Below are positions 10,704 to 20,544 of a DNA stretch of 64,000 nucleotides, piece by piece. The stretch spans positions 128,001 to 192,000 of the forward strand of contig JBCBZJ010000002.1 in assembly GCA_039815375.1 (NCBI GenBank), in the 5' to 3' direction. The stretch comes from Verrucomicrobiota bacterium (GTDB lineage Bacteria; Verrucomicrobiota; Verrucomicrobiia; Opitutales; Coraliomargaritaceae). The stretch's first letter is position 1, and each line of letters starts with the position of its first letter. Under the pieces are notes generated by a model, which worked only from the letters and a program-made list of their open reading frames with translations, ran no database searches and was not told where the DNA came from. Both the position numbers and the translations under genes were made by a program.

Positions 10704-11804
10704 ATGGTCCGCAGCAAGCATGTTCTAATGGTTCTCGGGAGTTACGACCAGTCGGCTCACGAGGGTATTGCCCGCTATGCCGGTAGGCACGGCTGGCACC
10801 TTAATGTCAGTATTCTCAAAGACTTTCAATTGCCCGAGCATTGGCAGGGCGATGGTATTATCACTTCCTTGAACAACAGCCGCCAACTGGAGGAGTTTGT
10901 GCTTGATGCCGACGTGCCCACGGTGGATCTCTCTGTCTGGCGCGAGGAAATTGATTTGCCGCGAGTCGCGGCCGACAATCCCCAGATCGGTCGCCTCGGA
11001 GCGGAGCATTTCATTGGATTGGGCTATCAGAAATGTGCGTGGTTCGGCCTGGCCAGCAATCCCGCAACGCGCGCCCGTTTCTACGCATATCGCGATACTC
11101 TGGCGGAAGCAGGGGTTGATTGTATTCGCCTCGACACCGTCAGTCCTCAGGATGCCAATTATATCACGGGTCGCTTGAAAGAACTGCCTAAGCCCTGTGC
11201 TATTTACACGAAGAGTGATTATGATTCCGCATGGATCGCCAACCTCTGCTACGACGCAGGGCTCCGCGTGCCGGACGACATTGCTATTCTGGGTGCCGAC
11301 GACAATCCACTGATCTGTGACCGACAATGGGTTACCCTTTCAAGCGTGCGTTACGATCTTTCACGCATTGGCTATGAAGGAGCGGCTATGCTCGACCAGC
11401 TGATGCAAGGGAATGCGCTTACTGAAAATCTGAAATTGATTCCCCCCGACGGCATCACGGTGCGCCAAAGCACCAATGCATTAGCGGTAACCGACAATCT
11501 TATCCGCGATGTGCTTCGCTATCTGCAGGATAGTCTGCGCCTGACGGTCAGCACTGATTCCATTGCAGATAAATTCGGCGTCAGCCGACGTAGTCTCGAA
11601 CTGCGTTTCCGCAAGCAAATGCATCGCTCGATTCGGGAGCATCTTATCCATTTGAGGATAGAAGAAGCAAAGCGGCAGTTGCAGGCTACGACTGAACCTA
11701 TCGAAACGATATCTGCTTTAACCGGATTTTGTAACGCACCCCATTTCAGCCGAACCTTTAAACAGCTCGTTGGCCGGAGCCCAAGTCACTTCCGCAAAGG
11801 CTAA
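10704..11804 (+). CDS. XylR-type regulator (LacI-like sensor plus AraC HTH)
   Basis: Periplasmic-binding-protein-like domain (LRVPDDIAILGADD, LSSV) and C-terminal AraC HTH. Confidence 0.9.
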   Translation: MVRSKHVLMVLGSYDQSAHEGIARYAGRHGWHLNVSILKDFQLPEHWQGDGIITSLNNSRQLEEFVLDADVPTVDLSVWREEIDLPRVAADNPQIGRLGAEHFIGLGYQKCAWFGLASNPATRARFYAYRDTLAEAGVDCIRLDTVSPQDANYITGRLKELPKPCAIYTKSDYDSAWIANLCYDAGLRVPDDIAILGADDNPLICDRQWVTLSSVRYDLSRIGYEGAAMLDQLMQGNALTENLKLIPPDGITVRQSTNALAVTDNLIRDVLRYLQDSLRLTVSTDSIADKFGVSRRSLELRFRKQMHRSIREHLIHLRIEEAKRQLQATTEPIETISALTGFCNAPHFSRTFKQLVGRSPSHFRKG

Positions 11805-13087
11805 GTCTCAAGGACAAAGGGCTGCACCATGCTCATCATTCTTTCCGGCACGGAGCCGGTGATGTATGTGCCTTCATCGCGAACTTCCTCCTTGCGCACG
11901 CCGCCTTCACGGTGGATGCGTGCGACCAGATCGTAACGTTCGTGCGGAATGAGTAGTCGCAGCTGAGCGAAGTCCTCTTCAATAACTGATTCCATCTTGT
12001 TGAGTAGTGCCTCAATACCCTCGCCGCTATGGGCACTGACAAAAAAGGCTTCGGGAAACTTGATTGCCAGTTCGGTGCGGTTGCTTTCGTCCCAGAGCGC
12101 GTCGATCTTGTTAAAGACGGTAATCATCTTCTTGTCCTTGGCACCAAGCTCGCCGAGCACGTCCAAGGTTGTTTTTGCGTGAGCTTCTACATCCGGGCTG
12201 TTCACATCCAGCACATGTATCAGGAAATTCGATACGATTGCTTCCTCCAATGTCGCTTTGAAAGCGTCGACCCGGCGGTGGGGAAGATTGCGAACAAAAC
12301 CGACCGTGTCGGTAACGACGAGCGGCTGACCACTAGGGAGCGGGCAACGGCGTGATGTTGGGTCGAGTGTCGCGAAGAGTTTGTCTTCAGCAAGAATTTT
12401 GGAGTTGGTCAGTTTGTTGAGCAGTGAAGACTTGCCGGCATTGGTATAGCCAACGATGGCGCAAGTCGGCACGGGCACAGTCATACGCCTCTTGCGCTGC
12501 ACTTCACGGTGTTGGATAACGTTGTCCAACTCACGCTTTACTCGAGAGATCTGTGTGCGGACCATGCGTTGGTCGAGCTCAAGCTGCGTTTCTCCTGCAT
12601 CACGCTGCATGGCGCCACCGCCGCGTTGACGACTGAGGTGGGTCCACGCACTTTTCAGTCTGGGCAGGTTGTATTCCAGGCGCGCCAATTCGACTTGCAG
12701 AACAGCTTCCTTGGTTTGGGCGCGCTTGCCAAAAATATCAAGAATCACTTCCTGCCGGTCGATGACGAGGATCTTGTCATCAGCGGCTTGTTCCCAGTTA
12801 CGTTGCTGGGCAGGCGTAAGTTCGTTGTCGAAAACAATGACGTCGCAGTTTCGGGACACGGCCTCCTCGATGAGTTCCTCAGCCTTGCCGGAACCGACGA
12901 GAAATTTGGCCTTCGGTTCGCGGATAGAGACCTCGCGTTCATGCACGATGCGGATTTCCAATGTGGTAACGAGCTCGCGCAGTTCGTCCAACAGACCTCG
13001 CGTGGTTTGTTCATCTCCTCCGGGTAGGGTAATGCCAATCAACATGGCCCGTTCGACCATGCGTGGTTTTTCTTTTACGTCGTGCAA
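11801..13087 (-). CDS. hflX: Ribosome rescue GTPase HflX
   Basis: VILDIF..RA.TKEA.LQVELA, GETQLELD, GYTNAGKSS, LFATLDPT, DTVGF, NKID; likely TTG start. Confidence 0.96.
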   Translation of the reverse strand: MHDVKEKPRMVERAMLIGITLPGGDEQTTRGLLDELRELVTTLEIRIVHEREVSIREPKAKFLVGSGKAEELIEEAVSRNCDVIVFDNELTPAQQRNWEQAADDKILVIDRQEVILDIFGKRAQTKEAVLQVELARLEYNLPRLKSAWTHLSRQRGGGAMQRDAGETQLELDQRMVRTQISRVKRELDNVIQHREVQRKRRMTVPVPTCAIVGYTNAGKSSLLNKLTNSKILAEDKLFATLDPTSRRCPLPSGQPLVVTDTVGFVRNLPHRRVDAFKATLEEAIVSNFLIHVLDVNSPDVEAHAKTTLDVLGELGAKDKKMITVFNKIDALWDESNRTELAIKFPEAFFVSAHSGEGIEALLNKMESVIEEDFAQLRLLIPHERYDLVARIHREGGVRKEEVRDEGTYITGSVPERMMSMVQPFVLET

Positions 13088-13205
13088 GCGATTGAGAGAA
13101 ACCAAAACGGACCGATTATCGAGTGAAAAGGAACCTTAAAGATTATGCTGCTGGAAACAGATTTTATAGTTCACGTTGGCCGTCATGGTGCTTTCAATAT
13201 GAACC

Positions 13206-13895
13206 ATGTTGACTGCGAGTGACTTTTTCGAATTTCCCGATTATCTGCCTTTTGCGGATGTCTTTAAGCCGGAGCTTGCACCGTGGGAATGGGTCTCTCT
13301 GATTAAACAGGCGCTGAAGAATCTGGATGCCAGCCATTTTCACTACGCATGGGAGATTCCTCCCGGTTGCTCGGTCGAAGGCGAGGTTTACATCCATCCA
13401 TCCGTAAAGCTGCCGGCCTTCTGCTCGATTACGGGGCCGGTTTACATCGCTGAAGCCTGTGAGATACGGCCAGGAGCTTTCATTCGCGGCAATGTGATCG
13501 CAGGAAAGAACTGCGTGCTGGGCAATTCCTGTGAGTTCAAGAACTGCCTTTTGCTCGATAGCGTTCAGGTGCCACACTTCAGCTATGTGGGTGACTCAGT
13601 TCTTGGCAACAGGGCACATCTGGGAGCAGGCGTCATTTGCTCCAATCTTCGCCTTGATCAAGCCAATGTGCCGGTTCAGATGCCGGATGGTTCCCGAATC
13701 GATTCAGGAATGCGCAAGCTGGGTGCGCTGGTTGGGGATGAGGCTGAGGCCGGTTGCAATGCGGTGCTTAATCCTGGCTCGATCCTTGGAAAACGGTCAA
13801 CCGTTATGCCGGATATGTCCTTCCGTGGCACGCTTGCTGCGAATCGGATGGCATTTCTGAAAGCTGTGATTCAAACCGCACCACGCACGGACTGA
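13206..13895 (+). CDS. GlmU C-terminal-like left-handed beta-helix acetyltransferase
   Basis: Hexapeptide repeats, PHFSYVGDSVLG, GAGVICSN, RKLGALVGD; no nucleotidyltransferase domain. Confidence 0.8.
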   Translation: MLTASDFFEFPDYLPFADVFKPELAPWEWVSLIKQALKNLDASHFHYAWEIPPGCSVEGEVYIHPSVKLPAFCSITGPVYIAEACEIRPGAFIRGNVIAGKNCVLGNSCEFKNCLLLDSVQVPHFSYVGDSVLGNRAHLGAGVICSNLRLDQANVPVQMPDGSRIDSGMRKLGALVGDEAEAGCNAVLNPGSILGKRSTVMPDMSFRGTLAANRMAFLKAVIQTAPRTD

Positions 13896-13902
13896 TCGAA
13901 TC

Positions 13903-14541
13903 ATGCAGGTCGCGCTCAAGGCCTATGGTGAAAGAGGATTACTCGCTCATGGTTTGAGCGAGCTGGAGCGTGAAGGACTATGCAGAACGTTGCTTCGAGA
14001 AAGGCCTGTCGGTTGTGTGGAATATGTCGAGGGCTACGACACGGTCCTTTTCGTTTTTGAGCAATCGGTGGCTGTAAGCGATCTGGCGAAGTGGTTTGAT
14101 GGGATTGAACTGCCCCAAACTGCAGAAGCGAAACAGAATATTCATGAGCTGCCCGTGATTTATGATGGGGCAGACCTCAAGTCCGTAGCAGAACAGACCG
14201 GCTTGAGTGAGAGTGAGGTGATCCAAATTCACAGCGCACCTCTCTATACAGTTCGGACGATGGGCTTTTCTCCCGGTTTTTCGTATTTGGACGGGCTGGA
14301 TCCGAGCTTGCATCTGCCGCGCAAGGATTCGCCACGGACCCGTATCGAGCCAGGGTCTGTTGCGATCGGGGGTAGCCATGCAGGAGTCTATTCCGTTGCG
14401 AGTCCGGGTGGTTGGCACTTGCTGGGGCGAACTGAAGTTCAGCTTTTTGACGCTAGAGCTGCTCGTGGTGCTAAGCCTGATCCGAAAAAGGTCTTTCTCC
14501 TCTCTCCGGGTGACCGGATTTGTTTCCAGCCAATTGACTGA
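13903..14541 (+). CDS. pxpB: 5-oxoprolinase subunit B (KipI-like)
   Basis: YDGADL, MGFSPGFSYL, GSVAIGG, SPGGWHLLGRT. Confidence 0.88.
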   Translation: MQVALKAYGERGLLAHGLSELEREGLCRTLLRERPVGCVEYVEGYDTVLFVFEQSVAVSDLAKWFDGIELPQTAEAKQNIHELPVIYDGADLKSVAEQTGLSESEVIQIHSAPLYTVRTMGFSPGFSYLDGLDPSLHLPRKDSPRTRIEPGSVAIGGSHAGVYSVASPGGWHLLGRTEVQLFDARAARGAKPDPKKVFLLSPGDRICFQPID

Positions 14542-15395
14542 TGCCACTTGAGATTCTATCGACTGGCTCTGGGATCGCTTTGCAAGATGGCGGGCGGCGT
14601 GGTTGGCTGCGCTACGGGGTGCCTGCGGGGGGTGCAATGGACCGTCATGCGATGCATGCAGCCAATCGTTTACTCGGTAACAAAGCTGATGCTCCAGTTG
14701 TGGAAGTGTTGATGCAAGGAGCTCGTTTCAGGGCGACCGATGACCTTTGGGTAGCTCTTGCTGGGGCAGATAGCTGTTCCTTGGTAGCAGCATGGTCTGC
14801 AAAAAAAGTGCGTCTTGGTGAGGTGCTCGAGTTTTCCAAGAAGGCGGTTGGATTGTTCGCCTACCTTGCAGTGCCGGGCGGTTTTCAGGCTGAGCATTGG
14901 TTCGGGAGTGTATCGGCTGATCCCAGAAATGGATTGGGGAAAATCATCAGGAAGGGGGACATTGTCGAGCCCTCGGCAAGGCAACCAGGTTTATCCACTG
15001 GTGGCATTGGACGGCGTCTATTGATTGAAGAAGAGCGCAGGAAATATCTTTCCAAGGAGTATTTCAGTCTTTTGCCGGGACCTCAATTCGAGCTTTTTTC
15101 CGCTCAGGCGCGAGAGGCGCTGGTCGTGTCCGAATGGATGGTCTCTCCTAAGTCTGACCGGACCGGTTACCGTCTGCAGGGTCCGTCGATCAGTGTGCCG
15201 GATTCTATTCCCAGCGAGCCGGTCTTGCCGGGGAGCTTTCAAGTTCCGGGCAACGGCAAGCCGATTATTACCATGGTCGATGGGCCGACGGTAGGTGGTT
15301 ATCCTAAAATTGCGGTGCTCAAGGATGTCGACAGGGATCGACTTGCACAATGCGCTCCAGGCACCCAGCTTTTTTTCAAATGGGCCGATTCCTGA
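14541..15395 (+). CDS. pxpC: 5-oxoprolinase subunit C (KipA-like)
   Basis: QDGGR.G...GVP.GGAMD, SDRTGYRL, G.PII.MVDGPTVGGYPKI. Confidence 0.9.
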   Translation: MPLEILSTGSGIALQDGGRRGWLRYGVPAGGAMDRHAMHAANRLLGNKADAPVVEVLMQGARFRATDDLWVALAGADSCSLVAAWSAKKVRLGEVLEFSKKAVGLFAYLAVPGGFQAEHWFGSVSADPRNGLGKIIRKGDIVEPSARQPGLSTGGIGRRLLIEEERRKYLSKEYFSLLPGPQFELFSAQAREALVVSEWMVSPKSDRTGYRLQGPSISVPDSIPSEPVLPGSFQVPGNGKPIITMVDGPTVGGYPKIAVLKDVDRDRLAQCAPGTQLFFKWADS

Positions 15396-16090
15396 TTAAC
15401 TGCGACCTTGGAGAGAACGAGTCTGATAAACAGACCGAGGTCTTACTGGACCTGGTTGATGCAGCCAATATTTGTTGCGGGTTACATGCGGGCAGTGCGA
15501 GCAAGACACAAAGAACAATCAAATTGGCTGCAGAAAAGGGGGTTATGATTGGTGCGCACCCGGGCCTTGCCGGGACTGGCGGGCGGGGCCAGGATTTACC
15601 GGAGCCGGATGAGTTTCGAACAATCCTCTCAGAGCAGCTACAGAATTTTCTTACCTACGCAGATCGATATGAGGCTTGGGTCAGTTACATCAAATTGCAC
15701 GGCAGCCTTTATCATGCCGTCGAGCAAAATGAAGCTTATGCGAAGATCTATCTCAAACTACTTCAGGAAACAGGTTCGGGGCTTGGAGTCTTTGCGCTTT
15801 CAGGTGGCAGATTTCAGGAAAGGGCTAAAGCTGAGGGGATAAAGGTTTGGGAAGAAGCTTTTGCCGACCGTGGTTATCAGGTCGATGGTTCATTGGTCCC
15901 ACGTGGACAACCTGGCGCTCTACTGAACAAAGAGGAATCGCTTTTGCGCCTAGGCCAATGGCTCGCCGATCAGACCATTGTGTCAGTGGAGTCTCATCAT
16001 ATTCAACTAGCTGTAGAGACCTTTTGCGTGCATTCGGACACAGTTGATTCAATCCAGCTTCTGGAGGAAATTCGCCGGTTATTCAATTAG
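15380..16090 (+). CDS. pxpA: 5-oxoprolinase subunit A (LamB/YcsF family)
   Basis: INCDLGE, ANICCGLHAG, IGAHPG, YIKLHGSLY, EAFADRGY, TFCVHSDT. Confidence 0.92.
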   Translation: MGRFLINCDLGENESDKQTEVLLDLVDAANICCGLHAGSASKTQRTIKLAAEKGVMIGAHPGLAGTGGRGQDLPEPDEFRTILSEQLQNFLTYADRYEAWVSYIKLHGSLYHAVEQNEAYAKIYLKLLQETGSGLGVFALSGGRFQERAKAEGIKVWEEAFADRGYQVDGSLVPRGQPGALLNKEESLLRLGQWLADQTIVSVESHHIQLAVETFCVHSDTVDSIQLLEEIRRLFN

Positions 16091-16148
16091 AGAATATAGA
16101 GTTTCGAAGAACTGAAACACTCGAAGACGGAGTTTTCTACGGTTTACT

Positions 16149-18089
16149 CTAACTCTTTACCAGCTTCAGGAGTTCATCTCTTTCCTCATCGCTGATGCCT
16201 GCATCCAGTATAGCTTCTTCGGCTACTTTCGGATTTTTCTTTAGCAATTGCTGGACTGAGCTTTGCATCATATTCATTCGAGATTTCTCGTTCTCGATGG
16301 TAGAGGACCAAATCAGTGCAGAATCCGGATCATAACGAACGATATTATTGACGAGTCCTTGCACGGCACTGTCCCGCTGCGGACCGGTTTCAAGGCTGGC
16401 GACCCATTCGGAAGCCGCCATCGAATCGGCGTTCATAAACGACTTCGTCACGTCCTGGTAGAGCCGGTCCAGCTGCCCTGGGTCTTCTATGATGTTCTTG
16501 TTCAGCCAATCGATCGCTTCTTCCGGATCCTTTCTGGAAATACTTAAAACGGACATGGAGAGGAATTTGTCTCGTTCTTTTGGGGCTACATCGGAAAGAA
16601 CGTAATTAACTGCCTGTTGCATGTCCTGTACTGCCAGGGTTTGGACCAGAGAGGTCTGCGCATCGTTAAAGGCCTTTTCATCTTCTATACTGTCGACCCA
16701 AGCCAGTGCCCGATCATAGTCGTATTCAGCTAAGGCTCCAGAGACCCATCCAGCTAAACTATTTTCCAAGTAAGCGTTGTCGAGCAAATCCAGTAGTTCT
16801 ATCGCCTTTTCTGGACCATTTTTCTGTATCGAGTTGGTCATCAAGCTGAGGACCGTTTTTCTTTCGTCTTCAAAATCGAGTGAATCCGCGAAATCCATGG
16901 CAGCGGTCAGATCCTGATTTGAAATGATGGACGCAAGCCTACGGATTGCGGTCACTCGGCTTTGGCCCAGCGGGAGATCGAGAACGAAGTCAACCGTCCG
17001 AGCCTGATCCTTGGCCATCATTTGCTCAACAAATCGATGTACATTCTTTTCAGAGCCATTTGCTTCCAGTACTTCGTAGAGCTGTAGCACATCGTCGAAG
17101 CTCCTTCCTTTCAGAAGTCCAAATAAGTCCATATTTTTGATTATCTGGCGTCGTTTTTTGGCGTCAGGCTCTGTATTGATTATGTCTTCAGCTTCTTCAA
17201 TCGTCGCAGGATTATGGTAAACGTTATTGAGAGAAAGTAGAGCTTCACCCACTGAACTATCCATAGGCAACGAATTCAACCAAGCCCTGGCATCAACAGT
17301 ATTTTTATTGCCGTAAATGGTATAAACCAGGCTAATTAAAGCTGAGGTTTTTAGCTTACCTACCGGCAAATTCGAGGCGAGTGATTGGGCACGTGATGGG
17401 TCTGATTTCCCAAGTGAGTTGAAAATATTTCGACAGATATTATCCGATGACACTGTATTCTTGAATTTGGCTTCCTGAATAATCTGCAGGACACGTTCCG
17501 GTCGATACTCCCGTGCCTGGTTCAAGAGGTAGTTGGCCGAGACAGAAAAAAGCATACTATTCGGCAGGTTCTGGAAATATGCCCATGCTGCATCAAAATC
17601 CACTTTGGCAAACTGCCCCATAGCTTCGACGCGCCGTTTCTGGCGAGCATCGTCCTGCGGAAGTGCATCTAGGTAATCAAGCATACCCTTTGGGTCGATT
17701 TCAGCCCAACTTTTAAATAGTCCATTGATAAAAGTCTGGTGCTGTTCTGCTTCCACTCCAATAAGACTGTCGATTACGTCACCATACTCGCTGGTCGACA
17801 ATGATGCCATGGCCGCGTAGACTCTGGCCATTTGTTGGTTTCGTGGAAGGTCATCCAGTAGGCGGAGCCAAACGCCATAGTCACTGATCTCTTCGGTAAG
17901 CATTGGTGCCAGGGGAGCTACACTGGAATTCCCCGGATTTTCATCAACGGAGTAGGATGCGGGAACGCCATCTTCAAAAACGGTGAAGGCCAATGAGGCA
18001 CTCTCACTAGTCTCAGTTTCCTCATGAAACAACAGATAACCCAATCCGGTTCCGGCGAGCAGAGTGAAGACAAACGGTAAAAGCTTCAT
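16149..18089 (-). CDS. Membrane-anchored alpha-helical-repeat protein, paralogue A
   Basis: N-terminal hydrophobic anchor and repeated DP..A..W...L motifs; clearly homologous to the next two ORFs. Confidence 0.8.
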   Translation of the reverse strand: MKLLPFVFTLLAGTGLGYLLFHEETETSESASLAFTVFEDGVPASYSVDENPGNSSVAPLAPMLTEEISDYGVWLRLLDDLPRNQQMARVYAAMASLSTSEYGDVIDSLIGVEAEQHQTFINGLFKSWAEIDPKGMLDYLDALPQDDARQKRRVEAMGQFAKVDFDAAWAYFQNLPNSMLFSVSANYLLNQAREYRPERVLQIIQEAKFKNTVSSDNICRNIFNSLGKSDPSRAQSLASNLPVGKLKTSALISLVYTIYGNKNTVDARAWLNSLPMDSSVGEALLSLNNVYHNPATIEEAEDIINTEPDAKKRRQIIKNMDLFGLLKGRSFDDVLQLYEVLEANGSEKNVHRFVEQMMAKDQARTVDFVLDLPLGQSRVTAIRRLASIISNQDLTAAMDFADSLDFEDERKTVLSLMTNSIQKNGPEKAIELLDLLDNAYLENSLAGWVSGALAEYDYDRALAWVDSIEDEKAFNDAQTSLVQTLAVQDMQQAVNYVLSDVAPKERDKFLSMSVLSISRKDPEEAIDWLNKNIIEDPGQLDRLYQDVTKSFMNADSMAASEWVASLETGPQRDSAVQGLVNNIVRYDPDSALIWSSTIENEKSRMNMMQSSVQQLLKKNPKVAEEAILDAGISDEERDELLKLVKS

Positions 18090-18283
18090 GTAAACAGCTT
18101 GTTATAGTAGGCGATACGGAGTAAATGATTTAAATTTCTACATCATTCTACTTATTACAGTCTTCTGACAAAACTCTATGCTTACAGAAAAAAAAGAGCC
18201 AATGTCTTTTTCCTGTAGTTCCCGGTATGGGAACCCTCACGATTTTTGAATAAACGTGCAGCGAGCCTTTTTTGTGATTTGCT

Positions 18284-20230
18284 TTAACTCTTCACCAGCT
18301 TCAGGAGTTTATCCCTCTCCTCATCGCTAATGTTTGCATCCAGTATGGCTGCTTCGGCTGCTTTCGGATCTTTTTGAAGTAATTGCCGGACAGAGCCTTG
18401 CATCATGTTCATTCGCGATTTTTCATTCTCGATCGTAGAAGACCAAATCAGTGCAGAATCCGGATCATAACGAACGATATTATTGACGAGCCCCTGCACG
18501 GCACTGTCCCGTTGCGGACCGGTTTCAAGGCCAGCGACCCATTCGGAAGCCGCCATTGTGTCGATCCCCATGTATGCACTTGTCACGTCCCGGTAGAGCC
18601 GATCCAGCTGCCTTGGGTCTTCTATGATGTTCTTGTTCAGCCAATCGATCGCTTCTTCCGGATCCTGTTTGGAAATACTCAAAACGGACATGGAGAGGAA
18701 TTTGCCATGTTCTTTTGGGGCTACATCGGAAAGAACGTAATCCACTGCTTGTTGCATGTCCTGTGCTGCCAGGGTTTTGACCAGAGAGGTCTGGGCTTCG
18801 TTAAAGGCCTTTTCATCCTCAATGTTGTTCATCCAGGTCAGTGCCTGACCGTAATCGTATGCGGCCAGATCACTGGAAATGCGTCCAGCGAGTCGCCTTT
18901 CCAGATAAACGTTATCGAGTAAATACAGTTGTTCTATGGCATTTTCCGGGCCGTCTCTCATCATTGAGTTAGCCATTGAGTTGAGGACCGCTTGCCTTTC
19001 GTCTTCAAAATCGAGTGAATTGGCGAAATCCATCGCAGCGGCTACATCATTATTTGCAATCAAGGAGGCAAGATTGCCGATCGCGTTCATTCGGCTCTGG
19101 CCCAGTGGGAGATCGAGAACAAAATCAACTGTCCGGGTCTGATCATCCTTCATCATTTCATTGATAAAGTTGCGTATTCTGCGATTCATCGTCCTCGCAG
19201 GGCTATTTGCTTCCAGCCATTCGTAGGCCTGGAGAACCTCGTCAAAGCTTTTACCGTTCACGAGCTCATAGATATTTAGCCTTTCGATCATCTGACGTCG
19301 TTTTGCGATGTCAGGTTCTGAATTGATCATGAACTCAGCTTCTTCAATCGTCGCAGGATTGTTCAGGCTGTTGAGATAAAGCAGAGCCCGATTGACCGAA
19401 CTGTCCATGGTTAATGACTCCAGCCAGGCCCTGGCGGCTACAGTGTCTTTACCATAAATAGACATAACTAAGCCATTTAAGGCTGAAGTTTTTTGCTGAC
19501 TTGCCAACAAATTCGAGGCAAGCGATTGAGCACGCGATGGGTCCGATTTCGCAATCGAATTGAAAACATCCCGATAGAGGTATTGTAGGTTTTGGTCCTT
19601 TTCAAATTCGGGTTGCTGAAGAATCTGCAGGACCCGTTCCGGATTATACTCCAACGCCATCTTTAAGAAGGAATTGATCGTAACGGCGAAAGGCACGCCA
19701 TCCGGCAGGCTCTGGACGTAAGCCCACGTGGTATTAAAATCAACTCTGGCCAGTTCGTCCAGTGCCTCGGCGCGCCGTTTTTGGCGGGCGTCGTCTCGCG
19801 GAAGTGTATCCAAATAGACAAGTATTCCTTTGGGGTCGGTTTCAGCCCAATTTGCCCATAATTTATCGATAAAGGTCTGGCTTAGTTCTGATTCTACTCC
19901 AACAAGACTGTCGATCACGCGTCCATACTCACTTGTTGATAGCGACGCGACAACGGCGTCCAGCCTAACCGATTGCTGGCTGCGTGGCAGATCGTTGAGC
20001 GAAAAAAGCCAGGCTCCAAAGTCATCGATTTCTTCGATAAGCATTGGTGCCAGAGGAGCTGCACTGGGATTCTCCGGATTTTCGTTAACGGAGTAGGACG
20101 CAGGAACGACATCTTCAAAGATGGAGAGGTCCAATGAGGTATCCTCATTAGTCTCAATTTCCTCATGAAACAACAGATAACCCAATCCAGTTCCAGCAAG
20201 TAGAGCGAAGACAAGCGGTAAAAGCTTCAT
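18284..20230 (-). CDS. Membrane-anchored alpha-helical-repeat protein, paralogue B
   Basis: Same architecture; C-terminus nearly identical to paralogue A. Confidence 0.8.
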   Translation of the reverse strand: MKLLPLVFALLAGTGLGYLLFHEEIETNEDTSLDLSIFEDVVPASYSVNENPENPSAAPLAPMLIEEIDDFGAWLFSLNDLPRSQQSVRLDAVVASLSTSEYGRVIDSLVGVESELSQTFIDKLWANWAETDPKGILVYLDTLPRDDARQKRRAEALDELARVDFNTTWAYVQSLPDGVPFAVTINSFLKMALEYNPERVLQILQQPEFEKDQNLQYLYRDVFNSIAKSDPSRAQSLASNLLASQQKTSALNGLVMSIYGKDTVAARAWLESLTMDSSVNRALLYLNSLNNPATIEEAEFMINSEPDIAKRRQMIERLNIYELVNGKSFDEVLQAYEWLEANSPARTMNRRIRNFINEMMKDDQTRTVDFVLDLPLGQSRMNAIGNLASLIANNDVAAAMDFANSLDFEDERQAVLNSMANSMMRDGPENAIEQLYLLDNVYLERRLAGRISSDLAAYDYGQALTWMNNIEDEKAFNEAQTSLVKTLAAQDMQQAVDYVLSDVAPKEHGKFLSMSVLSISKQDPEEAIDWLNKNIIEDPRQLDRLYRDVTSAYMGIDTMAASEWVAGLETGPQRDSAVQGLVNNIVRYDPDSALIWSSTIENEKSRMNMMQGSVRQLLQKDPKAAEAAILDANISDEERDKLLKLVKS

Positions 20231-20508
20231 AATTAAATACTTTGTTGGGGGGAGGTAGCAGGAATAAGTGATTTAAAATACTGCATTATTTTACCCATTA
20301 TAATCTACTAATAAAGTTTATCCTTACGGGAAAAGCGAAATAGACGTCTTTTGGGCTGTTTCCGGTGCGGAAAGCTGGAATTTTGTGGCGGATACGTTGT
20401 CCGGTTGCTCTGGCATGGGTGCCTCGGGCTTGGTCAACGACCTGTCTATTGGTCCGGTTTAGCCATGTTGAGGCATATGCGGACAGTGTGGTAGGGCTTC
20501 GAAGAGCA

Positions 20509-20534
20509 AAAAGGCTCGAGGGCTGAGCTTTTTT
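20509..20534. terminator. Probable bidirectional terminator downstream of paralogue C
   Basis: AAAAGGCTC-GAGGGCT-GAGCTTTTTT with A run before and T run after the stem. Confidence 0.6.
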
Positions 20535-20544
20535 GCGATTCATT

